Shown here: in pieces, positions 25,950 through 39,351 of the stretch
Position numbering within the stretch: the stretch's first letter is position 1
Layout of the letters: each line of letters begins with the position of its first letter
Source: Octopus vulgaris
Lineage: Eukaryota
Length of the DNA stretch: 64,000 bases
Reading direction: 5' to 3'
Assembly (NCBI GenBank): GCA_951406725.2
Contig: OX597822.1
Coordinates: forward strand, 30,690,001 to 30,754,000
The notes under the pieces: model-generated
The model's database searches: none
What the model saw: the letters and a program-made list of their open reading frames with translations, nothing else
What the model was told of the DNA's origin: nothing
Program-made: the position numbers and the translations under genes

Positions 25950-26849
25950 TATGAATCGGCTGCTTGTAAAAGAGTGTGGCAGACAGAATATAAGAGAGAC
26001 AACAAATCCATTAGTTGTAATTCATTTACAGATGTAGATTGTGTTAGCTGCATGAGAGAATCCTCCTCTGTCGCCCTCCTCTCTATCTCGCCCTTAGTCC
26101 TACTTCTTCGTATATAGTACCTCTAACTTTCTCTCCCTCAAACTTTACTTCTTTCTCTTTCTCTTTCTCCGTGTCTCTCTCTCCCTCTCTCATCTTCCAT
26201 ATCTGTCTCTCTCTTTGTCTCTGTCTGTCTCTCTCTGTTTCTCGTTGCCTCTAAGTGTTGCAAAATAAATATTTTGGAGTCGAACAAGCCCAGAAGTTAA
26301 ACTGACAAAAGTAACGAACGGTACAACAACAAATCACCAGCAGGGGGTGAAGAAAGAAGAGAAGGACAAGGGGGGGAGGATGATCGTACACCAACACATA
26401 GCAGGTGGGAGGAGGAAAAAAAACAAAAACACCAGTACCATCAACAGCAGCTAAAACAAAATCAACTACAGTAACAGCAGGAGCAGCCGCAGCAGCAGCA
26501 GTCGAATGCGTGGGAAAAAACAAAATATTGAACAACTACACAAACGCCAGCAGTGGCAGTCATTTGCGCGCCGGAAAAAAAAAATAGCAGATATTTCCCC
26601 TCAAATGGCACACTACTATCATAAAATAGGAAGGACACCTTGGAGTATATAACTCTCACTTTCTCTCTCCCTCTCTCTCACTCTCTCTTTGCTTCTATCT
26701 CTCACCTCTGAGTGTGTGTGTTTAGTATATAACAGTTGTAATCTAAGTTGTGTCTTTCGTGTATGTTATATTTTCAAGGAGAAAGCCATGCAAGTTGAAA
26801 TTCCTGGTCAAATATATTAGTCGCTGAATTAGTTAGGTATTAAAAAATC

Positions 26850-27278
26850 GGCGATATTTCGTCTCTAGTAGACCTTTCTGTCGATTTCCGTAAAAAAATT
26901 TTTTTTTTTTTACATATGGGCTTGCGGGAACTTTTGAAGTAATGAGAGCGAAAGAGACTAAGAGAAAGCGATTGTATGACGAGGGAAGTTCTTTTGAAGT
27001 TACCGTGCATGGGAGCATTGATGTATATGTGTGTGTGTGTGTGTGTTTGATGGGGTGTGGGAGACAGACAGTATGTTGTGTAAGTGAAATGCTTCTGTTA
27101 GTATGTGTGAAGAGACAGAGAGAGTAATGTGTGAAAGAAAGAGATAACTGAAATTTTTTACTCGGTGTATGTGTATATGTATGTATATTACTTCAAAAGT
27201 TCCCGCAAGCCCATATGTAAAAAAAAAAAAATTTTTACGGAAATCGACGGAAAGGTCTACTAGAGACGAAAGATCGCC
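26850..27278. repeat. ~93-bp near-perfect inverted repeat with ~245-bp spacer
   Basis: 26850-26943 is the reverse complement of 27187-27278. Confidence 0.85.
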
Positions 27279-27405
27279 AAAAAATCCTTCAGTTTTTAGT
27301 ATTCTTTAAAATAATATAATTATTTAATGTCAATATTAAAGAATATTAAAACCATAAATTCCATTCTTTGTGTGTGATATATAAATACATACATCTATGA
27401 ATATA

Positions 27406-27444
<39 letters not shown>

Positions 27445-27477
27445 GTGTGTGTGTGTGTATATGCATATATGCATATA

Positions 27478-27590
27478 GTGAATCCAAACAAACAAGAAAA
27501 AACAACAACGCGAGAACGTGGTACAAGTACTGTATTATCAGACGCTCAGGAAAGGAAAGAACGAGGATTTAACATTTTGAGCAAAGCTCT
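27478..27590 (-). mobile_element. Family H2 fragment truncated within the hammerhead-like motif
   Basis: Similar to 11990-12110. Confidence 0.6.
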
Positions 27591-27594
27591 TACA

Positions 27595-27629
<35 letters not shown>

Positions 27630-27716
27630 TCACGCACGCACACACACATATATATATATATATGCGTATATATACATACATACATATATATGTGTATATA
27701 TATATATATGTATATA

Positions 27717-28067
27717 AAAGGGTAAAGGGTAAAGACCCCCTTCAGTCATGAATGACTATGGGATTGCACCTAGAAAGTTACCCTCCTAGACACAAGTCCG
27801 GGCAAGGTTGTTTTATGGAAGATCAGCAGTCGCCCATGCATACCAGCCTCCCCTCTCCACGCCACCAGTGTTAGCCAAGGGAAAGACAAAGGTCGATACA
27901 GCTTGGCACCTGTGACGTCGCAACTCATTTCTACAGCTGAGTGAACTGGAGCAACGTGAAATAAAGTGCCTTGCTTAAGAACACAACACGCAGCCCGGTC
28001 CGGGATTCGAGCTCACAACCTCACGATCGTAAGCTCGACGCTCTAACCACTGAGCCATATGCCTTCA
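27717..28067 (-). mobile_element. tRNA-headed SINE family N, full length
   Basis: A box TGGCTCAGTGG, B-box-like GCTCGAATCCC, tail (TTTACCC)2. Confidence 0.85.
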
Positions 28068-28199
28068 CATATATACACATACATATATACATAGATATAT
28101 ACATATATATATATCTGTATGTATATATATGTATTTTTATATATTTATATATACATATATATATATGTATATATATATATCTGTATATATATATATATA

Positions 28200-28318
<119 letters not shown>

Positions 28319-28370
28319 TTACATATATATATGTATATATAAATATACATATATATACATACAGATATAT

Positions 28371-28401
<31 letters not shown>

Positions 28402-28404
28402 ATT

Positions 28405-28560
28405 ACTGTGGCCATACTGAAGCACCCCAGGACTTATTCTTTGTAAGCCTTGTACTTATGCTATCGGTCTCTTTTATCAACCTGCTAAGTTACGAGGAGT
28501 AAGCTCATTAGCATCAGTTGTAAAGCAATGTGGGGAGGGGGACAAACAGACACACAAACA
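28405..28560 (-). mobile_element. SINE family C 3' part
   Basis: ccccaggacttattctttgtaagcc..tatcggtctctttt. Confidence 0.7.
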
Positions 28561-28602
28561 TATACACGCCCATACATTGAAACATTCATATATATATGTG
28601 TG

Positions 28603-28912
<310 letters not shown>

Positions 28913-28923
28913 TATATATATGT

Positions 28924-28968
<45 letters not shown>

Positions 28969-29054
28969 TGATTTTTGTATATATATATATATATATATAT
29001 ATATAACAAATTCAAAAAGATGGCTTATTATCAATTAGAACTTAAAGACAAAAT

Positions 29055-29178
29055 TAACAGAGGTAACAAAAGTGACAAAGCATACTGACCAACACCGCCT
29101 TCGCTAAAGTGTTAGTCTAACTTCTATCTTTATAAAAAGCGATGCTAGTCAGTGTCCTTTGTCACTTTTCTGACTTCT
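29055..29178. repeat. Degenerate fold-back
   Basis: aaaagtgacaaag..actgac / gtcagt..ctttgtcactttt inverted arms. Confidence 0.55.
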
Positions 29179-29213
29179 CTCTCTCTCTCTCTCTCTGTCT
29201 ATGTGTGTGTATA

Positions 29214-29267
<54 letters not shown>

Positions 29268-29640
29268 CACACACACACATACACGGAAATATATATGTGA
29301 ATCTATCTATCTATATAGGTAGAGCGATAAGCGGAGTCCTGGTTGTATCGTAAGGCGCCTGCTTCCAAACTACATCGTTACGGGTTCAATCCATGTGTGA
29401 CACTTTGGCCAAGTATCTTGAAATATAGCCTCTTGCCGTCGAAAGTCTTGTGGGTAGATCTGGTAGACAGGAGCTGAAAGGATCCCGTCGTATACAACCA
29501 GGACATGGTGCCCCTGGTGGTACTTTTAAGTTAAACATGCCACCAGGTGGTGCTTCTAAGTTAAACTTGTCCTGGGCCTATACTGGCCGAAATCTATCAG
29601 AGTTATGGAAATTATATATATATATATATTTACACACACA

Positions 29641-29858
29641 CGAGGTAGTGTTGAAAACTTTCTGGCTTTAAGAGTGGCACGAAAGGGCTGGTTGGAGGCC
29701 CAACTTTCTGAGTACTTTTACAGGTCTTAGAAAAACTGATGAACCGCTGCAATAAGTATGTGACTTTGAGAGGGGAATATTTTGAAGAAAATCGTAATTT
29801 ACTGATCCTCCCGTGTTTTATTTTCACTCAAAACCAGTAACTTTACAGCACCTCCTCG
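29641..29858 (+). mobile_element. Mariner-derived MITE
   Basis: Imperfect TIRs cgaggtagtgttgaaaactttctgg / ccagtaactttacagcacctcctcg|TA; retains C-terminal peptide LEKLMNRCNKYVTLRGEYFEE. Confidence 0.78.
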
Positions 29859-29891
29859 TACACATACATAAATACATACATACATACATAC

Positions 29892-30445
29892 ATGGTGGCT
29901 GCCCCCTCGTTTTCGAGTATGGCCATTTCACGAAGCTTAATCAATGTTATCGTGCAATACCTGTGTAAGAAGATTTTTTTTAAAGTGAGGAAGGGCAGTG
30001 CACTGAGTCAATCCAACTCACTAAGCAACAGCAGCCATAATCCGAAAAGAAGAACAAGTCAACATCATCGGTAACCACTAAGCCGCAGGTTTTGTATCGG
30101 AGTTATCCCAGTTACCTGAGTTACCTTCTCCTAGAAGGATGCCCTAACAAAGGCTAGGAGTCCTTCACTCTCAATGGTTTAACTGCGCGATCAGGTATTC
30201 AGTCCGATTATTTCTATGTCCCCGCGCATGATACAGCCTTAAGACATTTATTGGATGGCCGTTGACTCTCAAGAGTTCCTCCGCCCTTTGACGGGTTTTG
30301 TTTTTCATCCCGCAGGATGTCTAATAAACACCCTCCTCACCAAGCAAGCTTGGTGGGGTTACCGGTTTAGTCGCCGACGACCCAACCATGCAACAGGTTG
30401 TACTGGGTTACATGTTACCAGTAGCACTCGAAAGTAACCTGACAC
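29892..30445 (-). mobile_element. Probable internally deleted RTE-type non-autonomous retroelement
   Basis: GC-richer unique insert in (CATA)n; ccttctcctag..gccctaacaaaggctagg resembles an RTE 5' UTR motif; no ORF. Confidence 0.45.
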
Positions 30446-30795
30446 AACATACATACATACATATATGCATAAACATATACACACACACATACGCACCTAT
30501 ACACACATCTATAATATATATATCCGTGTGTGTGAATGTCTTTGTGTCCTCCACTAATGCTTGACAACCGGAGTTGGTTTGTTCACGTCCCCGTAATCTA
30601 ATGGTTCGGCTTAAAAGAACTATAGGATGTGTACCAGGTTAAAAAACAAAGGAACAAGTACCGGGGTCGATTTCTTCGGGTAAAACTCTTCAAATCTGTA
30701 GTCCAATGACTGAAATAAGTGAAGGGGTAAAATATATATATGTATACATACATTGCCAAGAATATATATGTATACATACTACGCCATATACCCAC

Positions 30796-30904
30796 GGGCA
30801 TGTGGCGTCGTGGTTAAGAGCGAGGGCTATTAACCCCAAGATTCCGAGTTAGATTCCAAGCAGTGTCCTGAACAACAACAGCAACAACAATGATAATAAT
30901 AATG

Positions 30905-30948
<44 letters not shown>

Positions 30949-31100
30949 TACATCGAAAAATACCTTAGGAATGAGAACCCAGGTTCGAAATTTCCCCAAG
31001 ACACCTGAAGAAGGCTGGAGGGTATATCAGCCGAAACGTTGTGTTAACAACAAACAACATGAGGACAAATGCCCTTCGAATGTAAATAATGTAAATAATA
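30796..31100 (+). mobile_element. tRNA(Asn)-like headed SINE with microsatellite spacer and hammerhead-containing tail
   Basis: Head 30796-30868 (acceptor gggca/tgtcc, A box TGGCGTCGTGG, GGCTATTAACC anticodon arm, B-box-like GAGTTAGATTCC); (AAC/AAT)n 30871-30948; tail shared with 11389-11552. Confidence 0.78.
31000..31045 (+). ncRNA. Minimal type I hammerhead ribozyme
   Basis: Stem I GACAC/GTGTT, core CTGAAGA, stem II GGCTG/CAGCC, GAAAC, cleavage triplet GTT within palindrome AACGTT. Confidence 0.8.
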
Positions 31101-31654
31101 TACATTAGCATTGTCATTCTTGTTGCACTTGCTACTTTTTATAACTACGTATGTTGACGAGTATTTATGAGTGGAGTGTAAATATTATTATACGGAGATG
31201 ACATGCAATCACGTAAGAATTTAATGTTCATGCAATTTATGCATGCTTTCATCTGTTATTTATTTTACGTGTCTGGTAGTATCAGCAAAAGTATTTGTTT
31301 TTTTTACTTTTTTGTTTTTTATGTTCTACGCAAGATTACAGAAATAGCTTTGCTTGTATATACAAAATATTTTTAATAATGATAATAATGTAACTGATAC
31401 GTGATACCTGGCAAAGTGAATTTAGTAAAACAGAAGAAACAGGTAGGTGGAAGATATGAAGAGAGAAAAAATATAATGTAGAAAAAGAAAAAAATGCGAC
31501 AAGCAGGGTATTTCAGTCACACAAGTAGGGCAGATAGATGTGAGGTGTAACCATAAATAAATAATTTTATAATATTGCATGAGTTTTGTGAATGCGTGAC
31601 AAAAAAAAAAAAAATGCTTAATTTAACTTAGCTTGAAAGACACAAAATTATTTT

Positions 31655-32048
31655 AGGGCTGTGTGGTAGGTAGCTTACTTAACAACCACATGCTTCTGGG
31701 TTCAATCCTACCGCGTGGTATCTTGGGCAAGTGTCTTCTGCTATTGCCTCGGGTTCACCAAAGCCTTGTGAGTGGATTTGGCAGACGGAAACTGAAAGAA
31801 GCCCGTCGTATATATGTATATGTATATATATGTGTGAATGTTTGTGTATCTGTGTTTGTCTCCCCACCAACATCGCTTGACAACCGATGCTGGTGTGTTT
31901 ACGTCCCTGTAACTTAGCGGTTCACCAAAAGAGACCGATAGAATAAGTACTAGGCTTACGAAGAATAAGTCCTGGGGTCGATTTGCTCGACTAAAGGCGA
32001 TGCTCCAGCATGGCTGCAGTCAAAATGACTGAAACAAGTAAAAGAGTA
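31655..32048 (+). mobile_element. SINE family C, near full length
   Basis: Matches 8885-9275. Confidence 0.88.
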
Positions 32049-32147
32049 GATATAAACAAACATTTTTTTGTTTTATAAGTGCTGAAATGCGTATTATAAG
32101 ATGCTAATACGATGTTTTATTGTTTATTGTTTAATTAAATTCTACTC

Positions 32148-32500
32148 TGGGCACAAGGCCCGAAATGTTCGGGGAGGGGGCCAGTCGATTAGATCGATCC
32201 CAGTATGCAACTGGTCTTTATTTATCGACCCCGAAAGGATGAAAGGCAAGGTCGACCTCGGCGGAATTTGAACTCAGAACGTAGCGGTAGACGAAATACC
32301 TATTTCTTTACTACCCGCAAGGGGCTAAACAGAGAGAGGACAAACAAGGACAGACAAACGGATTAAGTCGATTACATCGACCCCAGTGCGTAAGTGGTAC
32401 TTAATTTATCGAGCCCGAAAGGATGAAAGGCAAAGTCGACCTCGGCGGAATTTGAACTGCTAAGCATTTCGCCCGGCTTGCTAACGTTTCTGTCAGCTTA
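32148..32500 (-). mobile_element. SINE family A array, 2 units
   Basis: Young-tail unit joined at gaaatacc|tatttc to an old-tail unit. Confidence 0.85.
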
Positions 32501-33597
32501 TACCAAAACCATCAGTCATGGCAATTTGTTGACAAATTTTTCCGCTTTGTAAGGGTAATTTAACCAATGTTTCTGCTGTTCTAAGTGCGTCTCTGCGTTC
32601 GAAAATAAATTATCATTTACTATTTGTTATACATTAGACGTCCCAGAATTAACTGTCTATTTCACTGAAATCGGCCAGATTAAAAAAAAAAAAAAAAGAA
32701 CTGAAGCATAATATCAAAAACAAAGATTTATAAATCTTATGTCGAAACTGTATTGAAAATTTTTGAAATGTGCTCCGTCTAGATCCCTCCGAATTTCAAA
32801 TCTACCCTTAGCATTGTAAAACACATCACACACACACACACACACACGCACACACACACACACACACACATACACACACACATATATGTATATACATCTG
32901 TATATATGTGCATGTATGTATATCATCGGTGATATGGGAGGCAAGATGTATCGTTCTGGCATTATATTACCAGTTTACGCGAAGTTAAACGCGAAGTTAA
33001 TAATTTAACGTGATGCTAGTTGGCAATCTTCAGCTCAAAAGTAACATTTAATTCGATCTGTTTGAAACAATTCTCCATATAATAAACAATTGTCATTGAT
33101 ACATATCCGGGGTTGCGATATGGATCGATATAGTACATATTTGCTCAGAATTTAAAGCGAGAATGGTAGTAATGATTGAAGTAAAAATAATTTGTTTATT
33201 TCATATCAATTCACGCTGATAACACCATTCAAAGTTACATGCACGAACGTCGTGATTATTATTTTTCCATAGCATCAAATGTAAATTGTTTTAGAGTTGT
33301 TAATAGTTGTGGACACGTTAAATACTCTGCTATGGAAATAGCGAGATAAAATTGAAAGATAGGTTGGACTCAGGGGACTACTCTCTTATCGGTTTGTTGC
33401 ATGCAAGTTGTTTTAAAAAAGAATTGTTGACTGTAGAAATGGCCATACAATCACATGCACACGCACGCACGCGCGCATGCACATACACACACATATACAC
33501 ACACTCTCTGTCTTTCTCTCTCATACATACACACGCATACGTACATAATGCACACTCACGCGCGTGTATATATTCTTAATATACATACACACAAATA

Positions 33598-33695
<98 letters not shown>

Positions 33696-33803
33696 TACGT
33701 ATGCATACATGCACATACATATACATACATAAACATATACACATATGTGTATATATATATATATTGACATATACACACACGCATATAAGTATGTTTATGT
33801 ATA

Positions 33804-33847
<44 letters not shown>

Positions 33848-34177
33848 ATAATAATAATAATAATAACATTCTCTAGAACGACACTATGTACAAAACCAAA
33901 TATATGGCACCCAAGGTATAACACTAGCATGAACTTCCAACTTGTCTCTTGAGGTCCCTGGGTGAGACTTGGAGCCAACTTGTACAAATGTAAAGCAAAA
34001 GTCAAACAAAAAATAATAATAATAATGATAATAATAATAATAATAATAATCATAATAATGATAATAATAACAATATTTTAAAAGGATTGACGTAACTTTA
34101 CACAAAGGTAAACAGACAAGACGATGAGCGCGATGCGACAGCAATAGGTACTTTGTTGGTTGGACGATATTTCGATT

Positions 34178-34593
34178 TGGCGGCGAGCTGGCAGAAACGT
34201 TAGCACGCGGGGCGAAATGCCTAGCCGTATTTCGTCTGTCGTTACGATGTGAGTTCAAATTCCGCCGAGGTCGACTTTGCCTTTCATCCTTTCGGGGTCG
34301 ATAAATTAAGTACCAGTTACGCACTGGGGTCGATGTAATCGACTTAATACCTATGTCTGTCCTTGTTTGTCCCCTGTATGTTTAGCCCCTTGTGGGTAAT
34401 AAAGAAATAGGTATTTCGGCTGCTGTTACGTTCTGAGTTCAAATTCTGCCGAGGTCGACTTTGCCATTCATCGTTTCGGGGTCGATAAATTAAGTACCAG
34501 TTACACACTGGGGTCGATATAATCGACTTAATCCGTTTGTCTGTCCTTGTTTGTCCCCTCTGTGTTTAGCCCCTTGTGGGTAGTAAAGAAACA
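34178..34593 (+). mobile_element. SINE family A dimer (young tail) with 11-bp TSD
   Basis: Units at 34227 and 34411 (184 bp); GATATTTCGAT at 34166-34176 and 34594-34604. Confidence 0.88.
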
Positions 34594-34629
34594 GATATTT
34601 CGATAGCAAACCTGTATGTCGATTTCAAA

Positions 34630-35600
34630 ATAGAAAGTGATAAAAATTCAAAATTATAGAAATTCAAATCTAAAGTATGAACGGGAGCAACCTGCATCCA
34701 CACGTTGATGGAATGACATCATCAGTCTATTTTATAACCGGCGAAAAGTTTCAATTTTATAACACGCAAAACGAATATACAGAAAAATGACTGAAAAAAA
34801 GGTGAAAAAAAAGAATACTTAATCAAACAGTTTTATATAAATTTGAGGATATTCTCATGTCATTTTATTTATTCTTCTCGGGCGTGATATTAAGAACCCG
34901 CAAACATTTTTCTCCTCATGCATTTTGAGAAGTGAAAGTGAAGCAGATTCAGAATATTTTCTGAGAATATGCTCATTCAAGTATTTTTCAAAACTGTAGC
35001 AGTTTGAAGCGAAATGTTCAGCAAGTTCTGTCGAACTACTGTTATTGTACCTGACGTGATGTCTGTGCCCATTACATCTTTTATTTAATTGTTCTCTTGT
35101 ACAACCAACATAAATCAAGTCGTGTTACGTGCATTTTGCTGCGCACACCAAATGAGAATCTCTACATGTCCCACCTTTATAAATCATAACATTTCTGTTA
35201 TGATTCCTGGCGGAATTGACTTGACTCATATTGTTGCACAATGAACAGAGCTTACCTTTCTTGCGGCTGTTCTTTAAGGTACAGCGTGCAGATACTCCAA
35301 TGTCAGTTTTCTTGGAGTCAGAAATAGAGGTCAATAATTCTCTTATATTCTTTTTCCGTTTAAAGGCTACAATAGGTGACTGAAGAAATATCTGTTTGAA
35401 ACAAGAATATTTTTCTGCCACACGCTGGTACTAGTTAATCGCTAAAGGAATTCTATCACATATTGTATTGTGTTTGCTAAAATTACGCGTGAAAGTTTAA
35501 CTTGTTTTGCAAATCTTCGCTATTTCATTTGCTATTTCATTTGATCATGATTCACTGTAACTGTGTTTGACATAATGATGTACAAAAACATTTGCACGTT
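34630..35600 (-). mobile_element. Penelope-like element relic (linker plus GIY-YIG)
   Basis: PIVAFKRKKNIRELL, CSLC, LVCAAKCT, IYVGCTREQLNKRCNGHR. Confidence 0.8.
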
Positions 35601-36267
35601 TCCAGTAATCGCCTATCAGTACAAATCCGTTTTATCTTAAAAAATTGGGATTTCGGATTTGACCGAATTATGTGATGTGGATGATCGGAGCGGCGGTGGA
35701 GATTTTGCCTCAAAAGCAATAAATTTGTTCCTTTCCCGAAAGTAAAGGTTTTTCAAATGCCTACAAAAACCACAGAAGTCACTCACTTTCTGTCACCCAC
35801 CCAGAAATGGATTACAGCTAGAAAGACGACTAGAAATTATAACTTCGCACATAAACATTCAGAACAAATTTTATCACCCAATAGGTTCCATGTTTTAAGT
35901 GAAGATTTCGAGCAAAGCCCAAAACGTAGTCAGGAATCTCATGAGAGTAAGACTCGGAAAACAACTTATCCAAGAAAATCCATCACTGCTAGAGAATTAG
36001 TTGGTCATAAATTTATCTAAACTAGAACTTTTACCCGACGATGTCTCAGTCTTGGAGCTTGGACTGAGTTTCTGCCCAAGCACTAAGAATTTCGAAAAGA
36101 ATAAACTGGCTCAGGGACTCTTGATATGAGATCACCATCTTGCGCACATACGGTAATGATGCATGTGCCTGGTGTATCCTTATCAGGTGGGTAGTCATGA
36201 TGGATATACTGGGCTTCGTATATTTTACCCCAGGGTCACTTTGATGGTATGCACTGCTCTCTCACTC

Positions 36268-36321
<54 letters not shown>

Positions 36322-37290
36322 GTAAGATCAGTGAAATGATCGTGGTAAAACGACGATTGAATTTGCTTTTTGTACAACGAATGTTTTTGTACGCTATTAT
36401 GTCAAATGCAATTACAGCGAATCATGATTAAAGTAAATCTCAAAAGTTATACCTAAAGTTAACAAGGAAAGTCAAACTTCCACGCATAATTTTAGTAACC
36501 AAGGTAATCTTTAAGTGATTTACTGGCACCAAAATTTCGCTGTTGATTGAAAGTTACCAGAATATTTCGGGAAAATCTCGTTTCAAACAAATATACACTC
36601 AGCAACCTATAGTAGCCTTTAGACGCAATAAAAATATAAGAGAAATATTAACCACTTCTTCTATACTCAAGAAAAGTATCACTGGAGTTTCTGAAAGCTG
36701 CACCACGAAAAACAGCCGCAAGGGAGGTAAGCCCTGTTCAAGTCAATTCCAACAAAAATCATAACAAAAGTGTTATGGTTCATAGAGATGGTGGGACGAG
36801 TAAAGCTTTCCATTTGGTCTAGGCAGCGGAATTCAGCAAACACAACTTGATTTATGTTGGTTGTACAACAGAACAATTATATTAGAAATTCAAAGAGCAT
36901 AGGTATGACGTCAAACATATTAGCAATAGTTAGACAGAACTTGCCGGACATTGGACATCGAACGGCTGTAATTTGGCGGAACTCCTGTAAGGGTACATTC
37001 TCAGAGAATATTCTGACTCCACAACACTTTCACTTCTCAGAATGTATGAGGAAAAATATGTTTGTGAATTACTTGCATCACGCCCTGGAGAAATGAATAA
37101 GGTGACAAGTGAATTTCATTACATTTACACAAAACTGTTCGACTAAATATTGTCTCTCCTGCTTTTCTTTTTCTTTCTACTTTTCTTTTTTCCTTTCTTC
37201 CTTTTCCTTGTTATCAGTCATGAAAGTGAAAAGTGATGATATCATTTTATGTGAAAAGGAACGCAGGGTTTCCTGGTTCATAATTTGAAT
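35600..37290 (+). mobile_element. Penelope-like element relic, RT core missing, interrupted by a Dong 3' end
   Basis: N-terminal VINLSKLELLPDDVSVLELGLSFCPS (36005-36080); PIVAFRRNKNIREIL; tgatttatgttggttgtaca (IYVGCT); diverged inverted relative of 34630-35600. Confidence 0.75.
36118..36268 (+). mobile_element. Dong/R4 3' end, short
   Basis: Same terminus followed by (AAT)n. Confidence 0.8.
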
Positions 37291-37388
37291 TTCTGTGTTT
37301 CGGCGGAATTTGAACTCAGAACGCAGCGATGGACGAAATACTGCTTGGCATTACGTCCAGCGCGTTAACGATTCTCGTCGTTTTATTG

Positions 37389-37448
<60 letters not shown>

Positions 37449-37449
37449 G

Positions 37450-37608
37450 TCCTGTTTACCTTGATATGAGATCACCATGTCGCGCACATATGATTGCGAT
37501 GCATGTGCCTAGTGTACTCTTATCAGACGGGTAGTCATGGTGGGTATACTGAGCTTCGTATATTTTACCCCAGTGTTACTTTGATGGCATGCACTGCTCT
37601 CTCACTCA
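37450..37608 (+). mobile_element. Dong/R4 3' end, short, inside (AAT)n
   Basis: (AAT)n at 37389-37448 upstream and aataatgataat downstream. Confidence 0.8.
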
Positions 37609-37624
37609 ATAATGATAATAATAA

Positions 37625-38700
37625 CCGTTTCCTTATTAGCCACAAGGGCCGAACACAAAACAAATGGGAACAGCTCTTGCTCGCCACTAATCCTTGTAGA
37701 TCTCCATGATAGAACTTCCATTGACTGCGTTGCTCAACTGGCAGAAAGCTGTGAGTGCTTGCTGACACTCCAGGTGTCAAGTGCCCTTTCTTGGTCTACG
37801 CTTGATCAGGACAGTAGCTCCGTCAATGAGATGAGCTGCAGAAAATCCTGCTTGACAAACGGGGGTCACACCTCTTCACCGTTCAGAAAGTGCTGGAGAT
37901 GTTGCATCCACAGCACATAATTAGCCACGACATGCCTGTTCCTCCACTCAGCGGCTGTTGACAGCAGATGGATCGCTGGACGAGTGGAATACGAACCTTC
38001 CTCAGAAGGCGGAAGAGCAAGCGCTCCAGCTAGGTCAGCCATGAAGCAGGGCAAGGGACGATGATCAGGCGGTAGTAGATGACATTAGCATTCTGTAGAT
38101 ATACGCATTCGCCACTTGCGCCCGACCTTTCGGGGACATCTTCTCTGCCCATTTCTGAGTGAGAATGGCTACCCTGTTCGTCACCTCCTCGCAGTTCTTG
38201 TCCACCTGGAAGTCCGTTTCATACCAGACCTCGATCAATTGAACGGGTCCTTCCGCCCAGAGCTCTACCACGCTGTCGGTTGGTATGGACCTGCCTCTCC
38301 AGGTGCCGAGCTACAGTCTCACCTAGCTGTCCTGATTAATGTTTGCTCCTGTTACCGCTTCGTACTCTCTTAAAGTAGATCACCTCGATTTCTGAGATGT
38401 CCGACACTATTACGGTGGCGTCGTCCGCATAAGCCGACACGAACCTTCCACATCCTAGATTACGCGGGTTGCCCCGCGAAATATTCAACTCCCAGCACGT
38501 ACAGAAGGCGAGAGAGTGGGAATCCTTGACAGACCGAGCGAGTGATGCTAAATGATTCCGAAAGATGGCCGTTTACTTTGACCCTTGAACAGATGCCGCT
38601 ATACATCGCAGCGATAGCTTGTTCTCTCTGCGCTTCTGACAATCGGGTCATACCTGATGCGTCCAAGTTACGAATGCCAGGAAAGCGGTTCAAGTTAAGT
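37625..38700 (-). mobile_element. Tx1/L1-clade LINE reverse transcriptase relic
   Basis: VKVNGHLSESFSITRSVCQGFPLSRLLYVL, VSAYADDATVIVSD (38400-38440), KGRAQVAN; frameshifted. Confidence 0.82.
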
Positions 38701-39351
38701 TTTATACCCATAATCTCCACGAGATGCACGTGTATTTCGGTTTTTATGACAATTGTTTGCGACTACCACCCACGGCATTCAACGCAGCTGCGTTTTGGCG
38801 TCTCGTTTCAGAGAAATTTGAATTTAGGTCTCAGTCATAAACCAGCATGTTTTGGAATATTTACACTTACATTCCGGAAATAAATTTTCAAATTTACCAT
38901 ATAAAAGTGACATTTAAAAAAAATCGCATTTCTTTTGCGGTTCAGTGCGCGCGAGTGTATATATATGTATAATATAAATAATATTAGGGTAATAAGAACA
39001 CTTTAAGATGTTTCCAAGCAGGAAAGCCTTGTGCTAGAAAGAGCAGTAGAAAACTCAAACCACTAATTATGGATAAATTCTCGAAAGATTGAAAACTTAA
39101 AACGTTTACCATCTAATTTAGTTCCTACATCATGGTTTCTAACTCATTCCAGTAAAAAAATATTTACTGAGGCTAGTTTTCGTCAGTAGGGAATTTTTAG
39201 ATTTCAAATATACGCACAACTAGATTCGCATGTAAACTAGTTGCCTGTATATCCTAATTCTTCAAAATAACCGCGTCGATGCAGTTTATTTCCGGCGACA
39301 GAGAGGATGCCGGTAAAATTTCGAACAAATCTATCCAAAAATATTTAAACA

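Larger units (their letters stand above)
29328..30730 (+). mobile_element. Old SINE family C split by nested insertions
   Basis: 5' half 29328-29492 and 3' half 30525-30730 flank two MITE-like inserts and an RTE-like insert. Confidence 0.7.
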
